Source: an uncultured delta proteobacterium
GTDB lineage: Bacteria > Myxococcota_A > Polyangia > Polyangiales > Polyangiaceae
Direction of reading: 5' to 3'
Assembly: GCA_963782055.1 (NCBI GenBank)
Contig: CAWAIF010000003.1
Location: 6,208,001 to 6,272,000 of the forward strand
DNA: 64,000 nucleotides
Shown here: in pieces, positions 38,070 to 47,754 of the stretch
Position numbering within the stretch: position 1 is the stretch's first letter
How the letters are laid out: each line of letters opens with the position of its first letter
Translations under genes and position numbers: made by a program
The notes under the pieces: generated by a model
The model's input: only the letters and a program-made list of their open reading frames with translations
Told to the model about the DNA's origin: nothing
Databases searched by the model: none

Positions 38070-38492
38070 TTGTCGAGGCGGGTCGTGCGGGCCCACACTC
38101 GCCATTCGTGGAAGACTGTCGCCGTGCCGTCGCCGGTCGAGGTCATCCTGTTGTTCGGGCTGGTCGCGCTCCCGCTCCTGGCGCTCGCGGGCATGGCGAT
38201 GTGGACGCGCCGCATCCGGCGTCTCGGCACCCTCCCCCGCTTCGCGTCCATCACGGCCAACGCCCTCCTCATCCTCTCCGCGCTGCTCATCGCGGTGGAC
38301 CTCTTCGACGCGGGCGAGGCGCTCATCGGCGGCGGTCACCTCTCGCCGGCGCGCAGGGCGCGCGTGCTGGCGTCGGGCATCTCGGAGAGCCTGAGCACCA
38401 GCGCGCTGGCGATGCTCACCGCCGGGGTGGACGCCGCGTGGCTGATCTTCTGCACGTGGCGATGGCGCCGGCACCCCGACCCGCAAAGGTGA
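38070..38492 (+). CDS. Small membrane protein (3 TM; start uncertain)
   Basis: Hydrophobic segments; ARVLASGISESL resembles a MotA/ExbB-type helix. Confidence 0.55.
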   Translation: MSRRVVRAHTRHSWKTVAVPSPVEVILLFGLVALPLLALAGMAMWTRRIRRLGTLPRFASITANALLILSALLIAVDLFDAGEALIGGGHLSPARRARVLASGISESLSTSALAMLTAGVDAAWLIFCTWRWRRHPDPQR

Positions 38493-38518
38493 CCGGCGGC
38501 GCGGGACACTCGCCTGCC

Positions 38519-39373
38519 TCACGGGCGGCGGGCCGCGCGGAAGGGGCGCGTGATCTCCAGCGTGCGCTCGCGGAGCACGCGACGCGCCTCCAGGTCGTAC
38601 GCCTGCTCCTCGGCGCGCGAGGGCCGCGTCTCGAAGTAGTAACGACCGCTCGTCTCGTCCTCGAGCGCGGCCCGGAGGACGTGCGCGATGACGTCGGCGC
38701 CCCCCTCGGCGGGTCCGAGCGGGGCGATCCCGGCGTCGCGCACCATGCCGGTGTCGAGGAAGGTGCCCGGGTGCAGCGCGTTGGACGCGACCGACGTGTG
38801 CTTCCCGGCGAGATCGAAGGTGTACATCACCATCGCGAGCTTGCTGCGCCGGTAGGCGCGCACGCCGTCGTACCCGCGCTCCGTCATCAGGTCGTCCAGG
38901 TCCAGCGCCTCCTGCCCGGCCGAGGCGACGTTGACGATCGCGCGGGATGGCGCGCCGCGAGCGAGGAGCTCCTCCGTGAGGACGAACGGGGCGAGGTAGT
39001 TCACCGCGAAGCGCAGCTCGAAGCCGTCGCGGCTCGTCTCGCGCACCGTCTTGTCCTGCCCGAAGCCGACGCCGGCGTTGTTGACGAGCACGTCCAGCCG
39101 CGGGGCCACCTCCAGCGCGGCACGCGCCAGACCGGCCGTCTCCGACAGCGAGGTCAGGTCGCACACGAGCGGGGTGACCTGCGCGCCGGAGTCGCGCAGC
39201 TCCTTCGCGAGGGCGTCCAGCCGCGGGCGCGAGCGCGCGTGCAGGAGGAGGGTGGCGCCCTCCGAGGCGAGGCGCTTGGCCGTGGCGCGGCCGATGCCGC
39301 CGGTGGCGCCGGTCAGCAGGACCGTGAGTCCGGTCCAGCGGCCGGAGGGCGCCCGCTCATCCGGGCCGATCAC
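38519..39373 (-). CDS. Short-chain dehydrogenase/reductase
   Basis: TGATGGIG, NNAG, NVASAG, YRRSK, LHPG. Confidence 0.93.
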   Translation of the reverse strand: MIGPDERAPSGRWTGLTVLLTGATGGIGRATAKRLASEGATLLLHARSRPRLDALAKELRDSGAQVTPLVCDLTSLSETAGLARAALEVAPRLDVLVNNAGVGFGQDKTVRETSRDGFELRFAVNYLAPFVLTEELLARGAPSRAIVNVASAGQEALDLDDLMTERGYDGVRAYRRSKLAMVMYTFDLAGKHTSVASNALHPGTFLDTGMVRDAGIAPLGPAEGGADVIAHVLRAALEDETSGRYYFETRPSRAEEQAYDLEARRVLRERTLEITRPFRAARRP

Positions 39374-39566
39374 GATGCCTCCGCCGGGGCTGCCACCGCG
39401 TCCGTCGCGTTCTTCATGCTCCCCGAGGATAGGGCCGGCCCGCCCGCGAGACGATGGCGCCGCGTCGGATCGCCAGCATGCAGCGGTCGGGGGGGCCGCC
39501 TCGCCCCGGCCTGCCCCGCGCGGTCAATCGTCAGCCTACGAACGGTCCGGCGCTCACAATCCATCG

Positions 39567-40904
39567 TCACGCCGGGACGGGGGTGGGCGATGGGCGAGGC
39601 TCCGCCGCCGCCTCCCGCCGGGCGTGCTCCCGGCGGATCAGCAGCGCGAAGGTCAGCCACCCGCAAGCGAGCACCACGTTGATGGTGGCAAAGAGGGAGG
39701 TGGACCAGCCGAGGTGGGTGCCGGTGTAGACGGCCAGCGCGCTGAGGATGGCGCCCACGCGCACCGCCACCGTGTCCACCGCCGTCTTGCCGACGAATTT
39801 CTCCGCGCGCGTCGCCATCAAGAAGAGGGCGTTGCGCGTCGTGTCCTGCAAGGAGTACTGCGTGCCGTTCTCCCCGATCTTGACGACGCGCAGCACGGCG
39901 AGGGTGGGCCGCACCGCCGCCGTCGCGTACGCCAAGAGGGAGAAGGCAGGCATGAAGAGCAGCGCCCCGCGCACCCCCACCAGAGCGAAGATGCGCGAGA
40001 CGGCGAAGAGCTGGAGCACCAACCCGACGAGGTTGTACCAGGCGAAGTAGTTCGCCTTGAAGGCGCCGACGAACTGCTGCTGCGCGGCGAGCGACCCGTG
40101 CGCGCTCGCCTTGGCCGCGACGATCAGCGAGCGGTCGAGCAGATACTCGCCGGAGCTGTTCACCCAGTTGAGCAGTATGACCAGGCCCGCGATGAGCAGC
40201 AGGTACCTGTCGCCCGCGATCAGGCGGAAGGCGCCCTGCGTCGCGAGCGGCTCGTCGGGGTGCGCCTTGTCCGTGCGGGGCGCGGCGGCCGCCGCCCGGC
40301 GCTCCACCGTGACGATGAGCGCGAGGCAGACGAGCAGGATCCCCACCGCGATGGCCATGATCATCGCGGGGCCGAGGGGGATGAGGGCCTGCGCGAAGCG
40401 GGCGCCCGCGACCGCGCCGATGGAGCTCCCCGCGCCGATGATGGGGAAGAGGCGCTTGCCTTGCTCGTCGGTGTAGATGTCGGCCGCGAGCGCCCAGAAC
40501 TGCGCGACGATGGTGTAGCTGAAGACGCCCACCCAGAAGAAGAAGGCGAGCCCGATCTCCACGTGCGCGCGCTGCAGGACGGCGAAGACGACGAGGTTGG
40601 AGACGAAGAAGAGAAAGACGATGGTGAGCAGGCGCATGCGGCCGACGCGCTTGGCGAGCTCGCCGTAGAAATGGACGAAGCCCGCCATGATGACCGCCTG
40701 CCCGGCGCGCGCGTACAGCTTCACCTCCGCCCCGCCCTGCAGCAGGATGAGCGGCTCGCGCACCGTCTTCAGCAGGTAGTACGCGGACAGGAGCAGGAAC
40801 GCGGCGAGCGTCATCACCGCGACGTTGACGGCCTCGTCCGGATGGACCTTGGTGAACGGACGCAGGAGGAGCGCGAGGGTGCGCTGGACCGGGGACGACT
40901 TCAC
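39567..40904 (-). CDS. NTT/TLC-like nucleotide transporter (MFS)
   Basis: AYYLLKTVRE, QFWALAADIY..EQGKRLFPII, VKIGENGTQYSL, KTAVDT. Confidence 0.85.
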   Translation of the reverse strand: MKSSPVQRTLALLLRPFTKVHPDEAVNVAVMTLAAFLLLSAYYLLKTVREPLILLQGGAEVKLYARAGQAVIMAGFVHFYGELAKRVGRMRLLTIVFLFFVSNLVVFAVLQRAHVEIGLAFFFWVGVFSYTIVAQFWALAADIYTDEQGKRLFPIIGAGSSIGAVAGARFAQALIPLGPAMIMAIAVGILLVCLALIVTVERRAAAAAPRTDKAHPDEPLATQGAFRLIAGDRYLLLIAGLVILLNWVNSSGEYLLDRSLIVAAKASAHGSLAAQQQFVGAFKANYFAWYNLVGLVLQLFAVSRIFALVGVRGALLFMPAFSLLAYATAAVRPTLAVLRVVKIGENGTQYSLQDTTRNALFLMATRAEKFVGKTAVDTVAVRVGAILSALAVYTGTHLGWSTSLFATINVVLACGWLTFALLIRREHARREAAAEPRPSPTPVPA

Positions 40905-41089
40905 CTGGTGACGGTATACACCGTCCGGCGGCTGTGGTGGAGCGCCCCGACAGCGACGGGACGCCACATCGGCGGGGACGGTGTCGGGCGCGGAGCAGGC
41001 CGCTCGCGGTACCCGATCTACTCCCCAGGGAGTAGATCGGCGGGCGGCTTGGTGACGGTGGGGGCCGCTGGTATGATCGACGGGTCCCT

Positions 41090-41713
41090 TTGTCCGACGC
41101 CCCCTCACCCCACTACCTGGTCGTGGAGGACGATTCGGTTCTGGCGCAAGCGCTCAGTCGGTTCTTGAGTACGACCGGGGGGGGAACCACCGTCGCCTCC
41201 ACCATCGCCGACGCCCTCGAGTTCATCGACGCGGGCGGCCCTCTCGCCGGCATGGTGCTGGACGTGGGCCTGCCCGACGGCTCGGGGCTGGAGCTGCTCG
41301 CCGCCGCGCGTGCGCGCGGTGTGCAGGTGCCGGCGCTGGTGCTCACGGGGTACCAGGACGAGGGGACGATCACCTCCGCGCAGCTCCACCGCGCCCAGTT
41401 CTTGCCGAAGCCCCCGCGCGAGGAGAACCTGCGCGCCTTCGTCGACGCGGCCATGACGTTTCGCAAGCTGACGCGTGTGCGCCTGCAGGAGACCGTCGAC
41501 GACTGGGCGATAAGCCACGGCTTTACTCCTCGCGAGAAGGAGATCATGCTCCTCGCATGCACGGGCTTCGCCCGCGGGGAGCTCGCCGAGCGCCTCGGCG
41601 TCGAGGAGACGACCATGAAGACGATGGTGCGGCGGCTGCTGCGCAAGTCCGGGCAGTTCACGCTGGGGGACCTCGCCGCGAAGGTCCACCGTGCCCTCTT
41701 CGAGCATGAGTGA
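41090..41713 (+). CDS. Response regulator (REC plus LuxR-type HTH)
   Basis: LVVEDD, LDVGLPDGSG, FLPKP, FTPREKEI...LAERLGVEETTMK. Confidence 0.9.
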   Translation: MSDAPSPHYLVVEDDSVLAQALSRFLSTTGGGTTVASTIADALEFIDAGGPLAGMVLDVGLPDGSGLELLAAARARGVQVPALVLTGYQDEGTITSAQLHRAQFLPKPPREENLRAFVDAAMTFRKLTRVRLQETVDDWAISHGFTPREKEIMLLACTGFARGELAERLGVEETTMKTMVRRLLRKSGQFTLGDLAAKVHRALFEHE

Positions 41714-43352
41714 CGCGGGGGAGCTGAGCCTGCGCATCCTCGGGGGCCTCGCACGGTACGTCGAGGACTTCCACGGCCGGGAGGCGCTCGTGGAGGTTCT
41801 GGAGGGCACGGGGGTCGGGCGGGACGACCTCGACCAGGGGCGCTGGGCGACGCTCGCGCAGGTCGAGGCGGTGCTCGCGCGTGCTCGCCCCCGCTTCCCG
41901 GACGACGCCTCCTTCACCCGCGCCTTCGGCTACCGCCTCGCCGACTCCCTCGGGCCGATGCGCATGCTGGCGTGGGCGACCTCGCCGGCGCAGCTCTTCG
42001 CCAAGGGGTTCGAGTCGATCGACACCCTCTCCAACATCAGCCACGCGGAGCTCGCGTCGGTGGCGCGCAGCTACGTGGACGTGCGCTACTGGAGCGACAT
42101 GCCGGAGAGCCGGCTCTTGTGTCTCTCGCGGCAAGGGCAAGTGGGCGCGCTCACCACGCTGGTGGGGCTGCCGCCGGCGACGTTCGAGGAGAGCGCGTGC
42201 GTGGCGCGCGGCGACGAGGAGTGCCTGTATCGCATCCGATGGGTGGAGGGGCGGCACCGCTGGTGGACGCCTGTCGGGCTCGCCGGCGGGTGCGCGGTCG
42301 CCGCGCTCGCCGCCCACGCGAGCACGGCGCTGCTGCCGTGGCTGACGTTACCGCTCCTCGGCGGGCTGGCGGGCCACGCGATCGCCCGGCGGCGGGTGCT
42401 CCGGCGTCACCTGGAGTTCGAGCGGCAGGCCACGCACGCCCTCGCCGAGCTCGCCCGCGTGGAGGCCGAGGCCCGGCGCGAGCTCGTCGGCCTGCACGAG
42501 CGGCAGCAGCAGTGGAGCCGGCACCTGGAGAAGGAGCTCGCCGAGCAGCGGGCGGCGCAGCAGCTCACGATGCGGGGCGTCTCGCACGACCTGCGCAACC
42601 CGCTCGCCGCCCTGGAGATGCTCTCGTGGCAGATGAAGAGCGCCCTCGAAGGCAACGACGACGACGTCGAGGGGCTGATGGACGACTTCGGCGCGGCGCT
42701 CGCGCAGCTCAAGCGGCTGGTCAACGAGCTGGTGCAGGGGGCGCAAGCGTCGCCCCCGGCGCGGCGGGGCTCGCGGGTCGAGGTGAGCAAGCTTCCGGAG
42801 CGGCTTCGGCGGCGCCTCGGCGCGCTGGTCTACGGCAAGGACATCGCCGTCTCGGTGCGCCTCGCGGAGAGCGCGCCGGAGGCCATCACCATCGCCCCGC
42901 TCCTGCTGGACAGGGTGCTGGACAACCTCTTCACCAACGCCGCCAAGTACACCGAGCACGGCCGCATCGTGCTGGAGGTCGGCGGAGACGAGCGCGGGCT
43001 GGTGCTCCGCCTCTCCGACACCGGCCGCGGCATCGAGCCGGAGCGGCTGCGCGAGATCTTCGACTCGCCGGGCACCGCCCCACACGACGCCGAGGGCAAG
43101 AGCTTCGGCATCGGGCTGTCCGTCGTGGTGCAGCTCCTCGCCCAGATCGGCGGCAAGCTGGAGGTGGCCTCGCGCCCTGGCGAGGGCACGACCTTCTGGG
43201 TGCACCTGCCGCCGGAGTCCGGCTGGGACGCCGCCGGTCCCGGGCCGGTCACCGAGGACGTGGTGCGCGACGTCGTTCACGTACGCACGCCCTCGTCGCA
43301 CCCGCTCGCGCGGCGAGAGTCCATCGCGCCTAGACCCGGCCTCGATACCTGA
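41706..43352 (+). CDS. Sensor histidine kinase with an N-terminal H-NOX/V4R-like domain
   Basis: EESACVARGDEECLYRIRW (V4R-like), VSHDLRNPL, NLFTNAAKYT, DTGRGI, GIGL. Confidence 0.9.
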   Translation: MSDAGELSLRILGGLARYVEDFHGREALVEVLEGTGVGRDDLDQGRWATLAQVEAVLARARPRFPDDASFTRAFGYRLADSLGPMRMLAWATSPAQLFAKGFESIDTLSNISHAELASVARSYVDVRYWSDMPESRLLCLSRQGQVGALTTLVGLPPATFEESACVARGDEECLYRIRWVEGRHRWWTPVGLAGGCAVAALAAHASTALLPWLTLPLLGGLAGHAIARRRVLRRHLEFERQATHALAELARVEAEARRELVGLHERQQQWSRHLEKELAEQRAAQQLTMRGVSHDLRNPLAALEMLSWQMKSALEGNDDDVEGLMDDFGAALAQLKRLVNELVQGAQASPPARRGSRVEVSKLPERLRRRLGALVYGKDIAVSVRLAESAPEAITIAPLLLDRVLDNLFTNAAKYTEHGRIVLEVGGDERGLVLRLSDTGRGIEPERLREIFDSPGTAPHDAEGKSFGIGLSVVVQLLAQIGGKLEVASRPGEGTTFWVHLPPESGWDAAGPGPVTEDVVRDVVHVRTPSSHPLARRESIAPRPGLDT

Positions 43353-43782
43353 CGACGCGAATGCTCTTGCCGCGCGGCAGGACCACGTGCTCGAAGGTGT
43401 GGGTCATCCGGAGCACCGCGCCGAGGCCCGACCCGAGGCCGTCGCGCCGCACGAGCACGTCGGGCGCGATGGGACCCCGGTCGTCGTGGCCGTCGCGCAG
43501 GGCCATCGGGAGGTCCCGGATGGGCGGGCCGGCGTCGGCGGCGACGACCTCCAGGCCCACCCCCCGCGTCTCCTCCACCAGCCGCAGCCGGAGCTCGCCC
43601 CCGCCCGCGTGCTTGACGAGGTTGGACGCGAGCTCCATCACCACGATGCCGACCTCTTCCTGCGCCACGCGGTCGAAGCCGGCGGACGCCGCCAGGTTGC
43701 GCGCCAGGCGACTGGCGAAGTACGCGTCGGTGCGGTCGCGGACGGCGACGCTCGAGGCGTCCCGCGTGGAGACGGCGGTCAT
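43330..43782 (-). CDS. rsbT: RsbT-like Ser/Thr kinase
   Basis: MELASNLVKHAGGG, DAGPPI, GLGSGLGAVLR. Confidence 0.82.
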   Translation of the reverse strand: MTAVSTRDASSVAVRDRTDAYFASRLARNLAASAGFDRVAQEEVGIVVMELASNLVKHAGGGELRLRLVEETRGVGLEVVAADAGPPIRDLPMALRDGHDDRGPIAPDVLVRRDGLGSGLGAVLRMTHTFEHVVLPRGKSIRVVRYRGRV

Positions 43783-44408
43783 TCGGGCCGCGGCTTGCGG
43801 ACGTACCGCCGGTTGACCCACTGCCGCAGGCCATCGCGCAGGCTCCGGTGCGTGCGCACGCCGTGCAGCTCGACGCCGATGTGGACGACGGTCTGGGCAA
43901 TCCCGGGGTTGATGCCGGTGAGCACGCAGTGCGCGCCCAGCAGCCGCACCGCCTTGGCCATTCGCAGGAAGTGGTCGGCGGTGCGCGTGTCCATCGCCTC
44001 GATGCCGGTGATGTCGATGATCGCGCACTCCGCGCCCTTCGCGACGATGGCCTGCAGCAACGACTCGGTCATCTCGGCGCTGCGGTGCGAGTCCATGACG
44101 CCCACCACCGGGAGGCACAGCACCCCGTCCCACACCTCCATGATGGGGGTGGAGAGCTCGCGGATGGCCTCCCGCTGCCGCTCGATCATCGCCAGCTTCT
44201 CCTCCAGCTCCGCCTGGTAGGCGCTGGATTGCCGGTGGGCCTGCTCCAGCGAGCCGACCATCTCGTTGATGGCGACGCGCAGGGCGCCGAAGGGGTCCGT
44301 CTCGGGGAGGTTCTGTGTTTCCAACCTCACGGTGTAGTCGCCCGCGCCGACGTCGGCGAGGGTGAGCAGGATGTCGGCGATGCGTTCGGAGACGTCAATC
44401 TCGCTCAT
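43779..44408 (-). CDS. rsbR: RsbR-like STAS protein with a HAMP-like N-terminus
   Basis: IRELSTPIMEVWDGVLCLPVVG, IIDITG, LLGAHCVLTGINP. Confidence 0.88.
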   Translation of the reverse strand: MSEIDVSERIADILLTLADVGAGDYTVRLETQNLPETDPFGALRVAINEMVGSLEQAHRQSSAYQAELEEKLAMIERQREAIRELSTPIMEVWDGVLCLPVVGVMDSHRSAEMTESLLQAIVAKGAECAIIDITGIEAMDTRTADHFLRMAKAVRLLGAHCVLTGINPGIAQTVVHIGVELHGVRTHRSLRDGLRQWVNRRYVRKPRPE

Positions 44409-44421
44409 GACCCTTGCCTCC

Positions 44422-44997
44422 TCACGACCACTGCACGCCGAAGCGAAAGGCGCCGCCGCCGGGCTCGGTCTCGAGTGGCTCGTAGCGGACGTCGACGCCG
44501 CCGCATCCCATGGCCTCGAAGACGCCCTCGATCCACCCGGCCGAGACCGGGGCCACGTGCTCGAAGCCGTCGACGCCGCGCATGATCATGGTGGCCCGCT
44601 TCTCCTTGAAGCCGGCGGGGTCCACCTCGAAGGTGCCGAAGGAGAACATGCGGGGCCAGATGTCCGGCACCTTCTTCAAGAACACCGGCGGTGTCATCAC
44701 CTTGAGCAGGAGCCGCATGAAGGTGCCGGTCGCCGCGTCGGAGAGGTGGCGGCCCAGCGCGCGCGAGGTGCGCTCCGCCTCGTCGTCGGCGGGCGCGACG
44801 CTCGCCATGGCCCGCAAGAACGCCACCAGGTCCCCGATCGGGTACCAGTTGCCCGTGCGCACGCGCGGGAGCTTGTCGCGCACGTCCCGGGGGAGCTGCT
44901 CGATGATCCGGTCGCGCACCTGCGCCGAGTAGTGGGTGTCGATGAAGGTGATCGTCTGCTCCAGGTTGAAGCCCTTCGTCAGCCTGTCGTCGCTCAT
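44422..44997 (-). CDS. Myxobacterial DUF2378/TIGR02265-like (H-NOX/V4R-like) protein
   Basis: TKG..., NWYPI, LGRHL, PDIWPRMFSFG, AGWIEGVFEAMG. Confidence 0.6.
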   Translation of the reverse strand: MSDDRLTKGFNLEQTITFIDTHYSAQVRDRIIEQLPRDVRDKLPRVRTGNWYPIGDLVAFLRAMASVAPADDEAERTSRALGRHLSDAATGTFMRLLLKVMTPPVFLKKVPDIWPRMFSFGTFEVDPAGFKEKRATMIMRGVDGFEHVAPVSAGWIEGVFEAMGCGGVDVRYEPLETEPGGGAFRFGVQWS

Positions 44998-45464
44998 CGC
45001 CGCTCCGCTCCTTCCTCGTGGTCGTGGTGGTCCTCGTCGCCGAAGAGCGCGTCGTCGAAGGCGTCGTCGTCGCCGAAGGTCGCGCCCTCGTCGTCGTCCT
45101 CGCGCCACTCCCTGCGCACGCCGAGCAGCTCGAGCGCCGCCTCCAGCGATCGCGCGGAGTCGACGTGCGGCATCTCGATGCCCATCGTCTGGACGGTCAT
45201 CGCCGCCTCCGGGCTCATGCCGGAGAAGACGGTGCGCGTGCCCATCAGCGCGACCGCGGTGGCGAGGCGCGAGAGCGTCGCGCAGAGGTGGCTGTCGATC
45301 ATCCACGCGCCGGTCAGGTCGATCACCAGCGCGCGGATGCCGCCGTGGTGCACGCGCATGAGCACCTCGTCGCAGAGCGTGCCGGCCATGGCGTCGTCCA
45401 CCTCGCCCTGGATGGCCACCAGCAGGATGTTCCAGAAGCTCAGGATGGGGATGCGTTCGGTCAT
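44994..45464 (-). CDS. rsbS: RsbS-like STAS protein with an acidic tail
   Basis: RIPIL..ILLVAIQ, VIDLTG..IDS, LMGTRTVFSGMSPEAAMT. Confidence 0.88.
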   Translation of the reverse strand: MTERIPILSFWNILLVAIQGEVDDAMAGTLCDEVLMRVHHGGIRALVIDLTGAWMIDSHLCATLSRLATAVALMGTRTVFSGMSPEAAMTVQTMGIEMPHVDSARSLEAALELLGVRREWREDDDEGATFGDDDAFDDALFGDEDHHDHEEGAERR

Positions 45465-46036
45465 GGGTCCTCCGTGAGGTCGGCCACGAGGATCGCGGCG
45501 TCGTCGTGAGGGTGGGAGCACGCGCCCAGCACGTGCTCGCACGCCCCTTCGGCGTCCAGCGCGCCGAGGTCGGACGGCGAGAGGCGTGTCGCCACCACGC
45601 CGTCGGTGAAGAGCATCAGGCGCCCGCGCGGGAGCAGGCGGCCCTCGAACACCTTGAACGCGCGCACCTGCGCGCCCAGGATCCCCGGGCTGAGCACCGA
45701 GGGCACCTGCCGTGGGTGGGAGCGCAGCTCGACGTTCCCGACGCCGCACCCGCGGACGGCGCCGTCCTCCACGATGCACGCCATGGCCGCGGCGCCGCGC
45801 GAGCCGCGCAGGGCGTCGTGCATCGCGCGGACGACGAGCAGCGGCCCGCGGTCGAGCGCCGCCTCCGCGGCCACCCGCGCGGCGAGCGACGCCACCTCCG
45901 CCGCCTCCGGCCCGTGACCGAGCGCGTCGATGACGCAGAGCAAGGTGTGCGGCCCCTCCCCGCGCACGACGACCCTGTCGCCGCACTCGCGCTCGCCGCG
46001 GCGTGGTCGGGCGCGGTGGGCCACGACGAGCCTCAT
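45461..46036 (-). CDS. RsbX-like PP2C phosphatase
   Basis: ECGD, IDALGHG, GSRGAA, GVGNV, FTDG, HDDA. Confidence 0.85.
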   Translation of the reverse strand: MRLVVAHRARPRRGERECGDRVVVRGEGPHTLLCVIDALGHGPEAAEVASLAARVAAEAALDRGPLLVVRAMHDALRGSRGAAAMACIVEDGAVRGCGVGNVELRSHPRQVPSVLSPGILGAQVRAFKVFEGRLLPRGRLMLFTDGVVATRLSPSDLGALDAEGACEHVLGACSHPHDDAAILVADLTEDP

Positions 46037-46656
46037 ACCGACATCTCCACTTCCACCGTCGTGCCGCGGGCGCCGCTGTCGATGGCGAAGTGCCGGGCCA
46101 GTCGCTTGGTGCCGAGCAGGCCCAGGCCCAGGCCGGTCTTGCTGCGGTAGCGGCCGGACATGATCTCGTCCAGGTTGTCGATGCCGCCGCCGCGGTCGGT
46201 GGCGACGACGCGCACCACGCGCGCCTGCCCGCTCTTCGGCCCGAGGTCGATCGCGCCGCCGGGCGTGTAGAGCGCGATGTTGCGCGCCAGCTCGGCGACG
46301 ACGGTCGCGACGCGCTGGATGACGAAGCTGCGCGCGCCGAGCTCCTCGCACAGGGCCACCGCGGCCTGCCGGGCGAGGAGCACGTCGTGCTCGACGGACA
46401 CCGGTACGCGCCGTGCCTTCGGCGTCGCGGCGGTGCCGACCGAGAGCAGCTCGGTGCGCAGGCGTCGTGGGTCCACGTTGCCGAAGAGGCGCAGGCCGTG
46501 CTGCAGGTCGGAGAGCAGCGCCGGCACGTCGGTCGACTTGAGGCTCGTCGCCGTCAGACCGCGACGGCGCAGGGCGCTCTGCAGCACGCTCTCGGCGTTG
46601 AGCCGCGACACGTGCCGACCGAGTACGGCAACCACTCTGGCGTAGGGGGTGTCCAC
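46033..46656 (-). CDS. Second RsbT-like kinase with an N-terminal helical extension
   Basis: DVLLARQ, AELARNIALY, DRGGGI, SKTGLGLGLLGTKRL. Confidence 0.82.
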   Translation of the reverse strand: MDTPYARVVAVLGRHVSRLNAESVLQSALRRRGLTATSLKSTDVPALLSDLQHGLRLFGNVDPRRLRTELLSVGTAATPKARRVPVSVEHDVLLARQAAVALCEELGARSFVIQRVATVVAELARNIALYTPGGAIDLGPKSGQARVVRVVATDRGGGIDNLDEIMSGRYRSKTGLGLGLLGTKRLARHFAIDSGARGTTVEVEMSV

Positions 46657-46667
46657 CGGGAGGCCCG

Positions 46668-47754
46668 TCAGTCGACGCCCTCGGGGTCGGGGCCGAGCGC
46701 CGGCTCGTTCCAGCGCATGACGACGGCGGCAGCCGAGGAGGCGCTCCCAATCGACTGCAGCAGGACGAGATCGCCCCGGCGGAGCCTGCCCTTGCGGGCT
46801 GCGTAGTGCAGGTTCCCCGGCATGAGCGCCGGGCCGGTGTTGGCGTAGAAGCGATTGGTGCACACCGTCTTCGCCGGGTCCACCTCCAGCGCCCGCGCGG
46901 CGAAGCGCGCGAACCAGGGCACCGGCGTGTGGAAGACGAAGAGCGCGATGTCGGAGAGGGAGACGCCCGCCGCGCGCGCTGCGCCCTCGCAGACCTCCCG
47001 CACGTAGCGCGTGGCGGTCTCGGCGAGCACGCGCCCCGTCTTCGGGGAGGCGACCATGTGCACCCACGGGGCGCCATCGACGTTCTCCAGCTCGAAGGAG
47101 AAGGTGCCGCAGGTGTCCGACGAGTGAGTCGCGTGGCCGCCGAGGTAGCCGAGCCCCTCCTCGACGGGCGAGACGACGAAGGCGCCCGCGCCGTCCCCGA
47201 GGAACCACGCCAGGGAGTCGCTGCCGTGGACGAAGCGCGAGTAGGTACACGACGCGACGACCAGCACGTTCTGGTGCTCGCCGGCGGCCACGAGACCGCA
47301 CGCGGTCTTCAGCCCGACGACCGACCCCGAGCAGGCCGTCTCCATGCTCCAGGCCGCGCACCGCGCGCCGAGCGCGCCCGCCACGCGCGGCGCGTTGCCC
47401 ACGCCGATCTGGTCGGGCAGGAAGGAGGCCACCACGATGAGGTCCACGTCCGCCGCGCTCATCCCGGCGGCGGCGAGGGCGTCGGCGGCGGCCCGCGTCT
47501 CCAGCGTGAGCGCGCTCTCCCCGGACCCGAGCACCCGCCGCTCGATCGAGCCCCGGAAGGCGTCGCGCAGGTAGGGCTGCATCTCCTCCTCGAAGAGGTT
47601 GCGGGGCGGCTCGCCGGTGCGCGCCCAGAGCCGCGCGAGCGCCGTCTTCTCCGCGGCGGCGACGACGTCGGGGTACAGCGCGCGAAAGTGCCCGTTGTCG
47701 CGGACGACGCCGGGGAAGGCCACCGCGAGCGAGCGAATGCCGACCGAATCTCAT
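46668..47754 (-). CDS. 3-oxoacyl-ACP synthase III-like condensing enzyme; 5' end out of frame
   Basis: ETACSG (Cys), GDGAGA, FHTP (His), ANTGP (Asn); ATG at 47754 is out of frame with SVGIRSLAVAFP; first in-frame start is GTG 47723. Confidence 0.85.

Noticed and set aside
39519..39570. Seventh copy of the 32-bp palindrome
   Set aside because: Only CGCGGTCAATCGTC and GCTCACAATC resemble copies 3 and 4; spacing and symmetry are lost.
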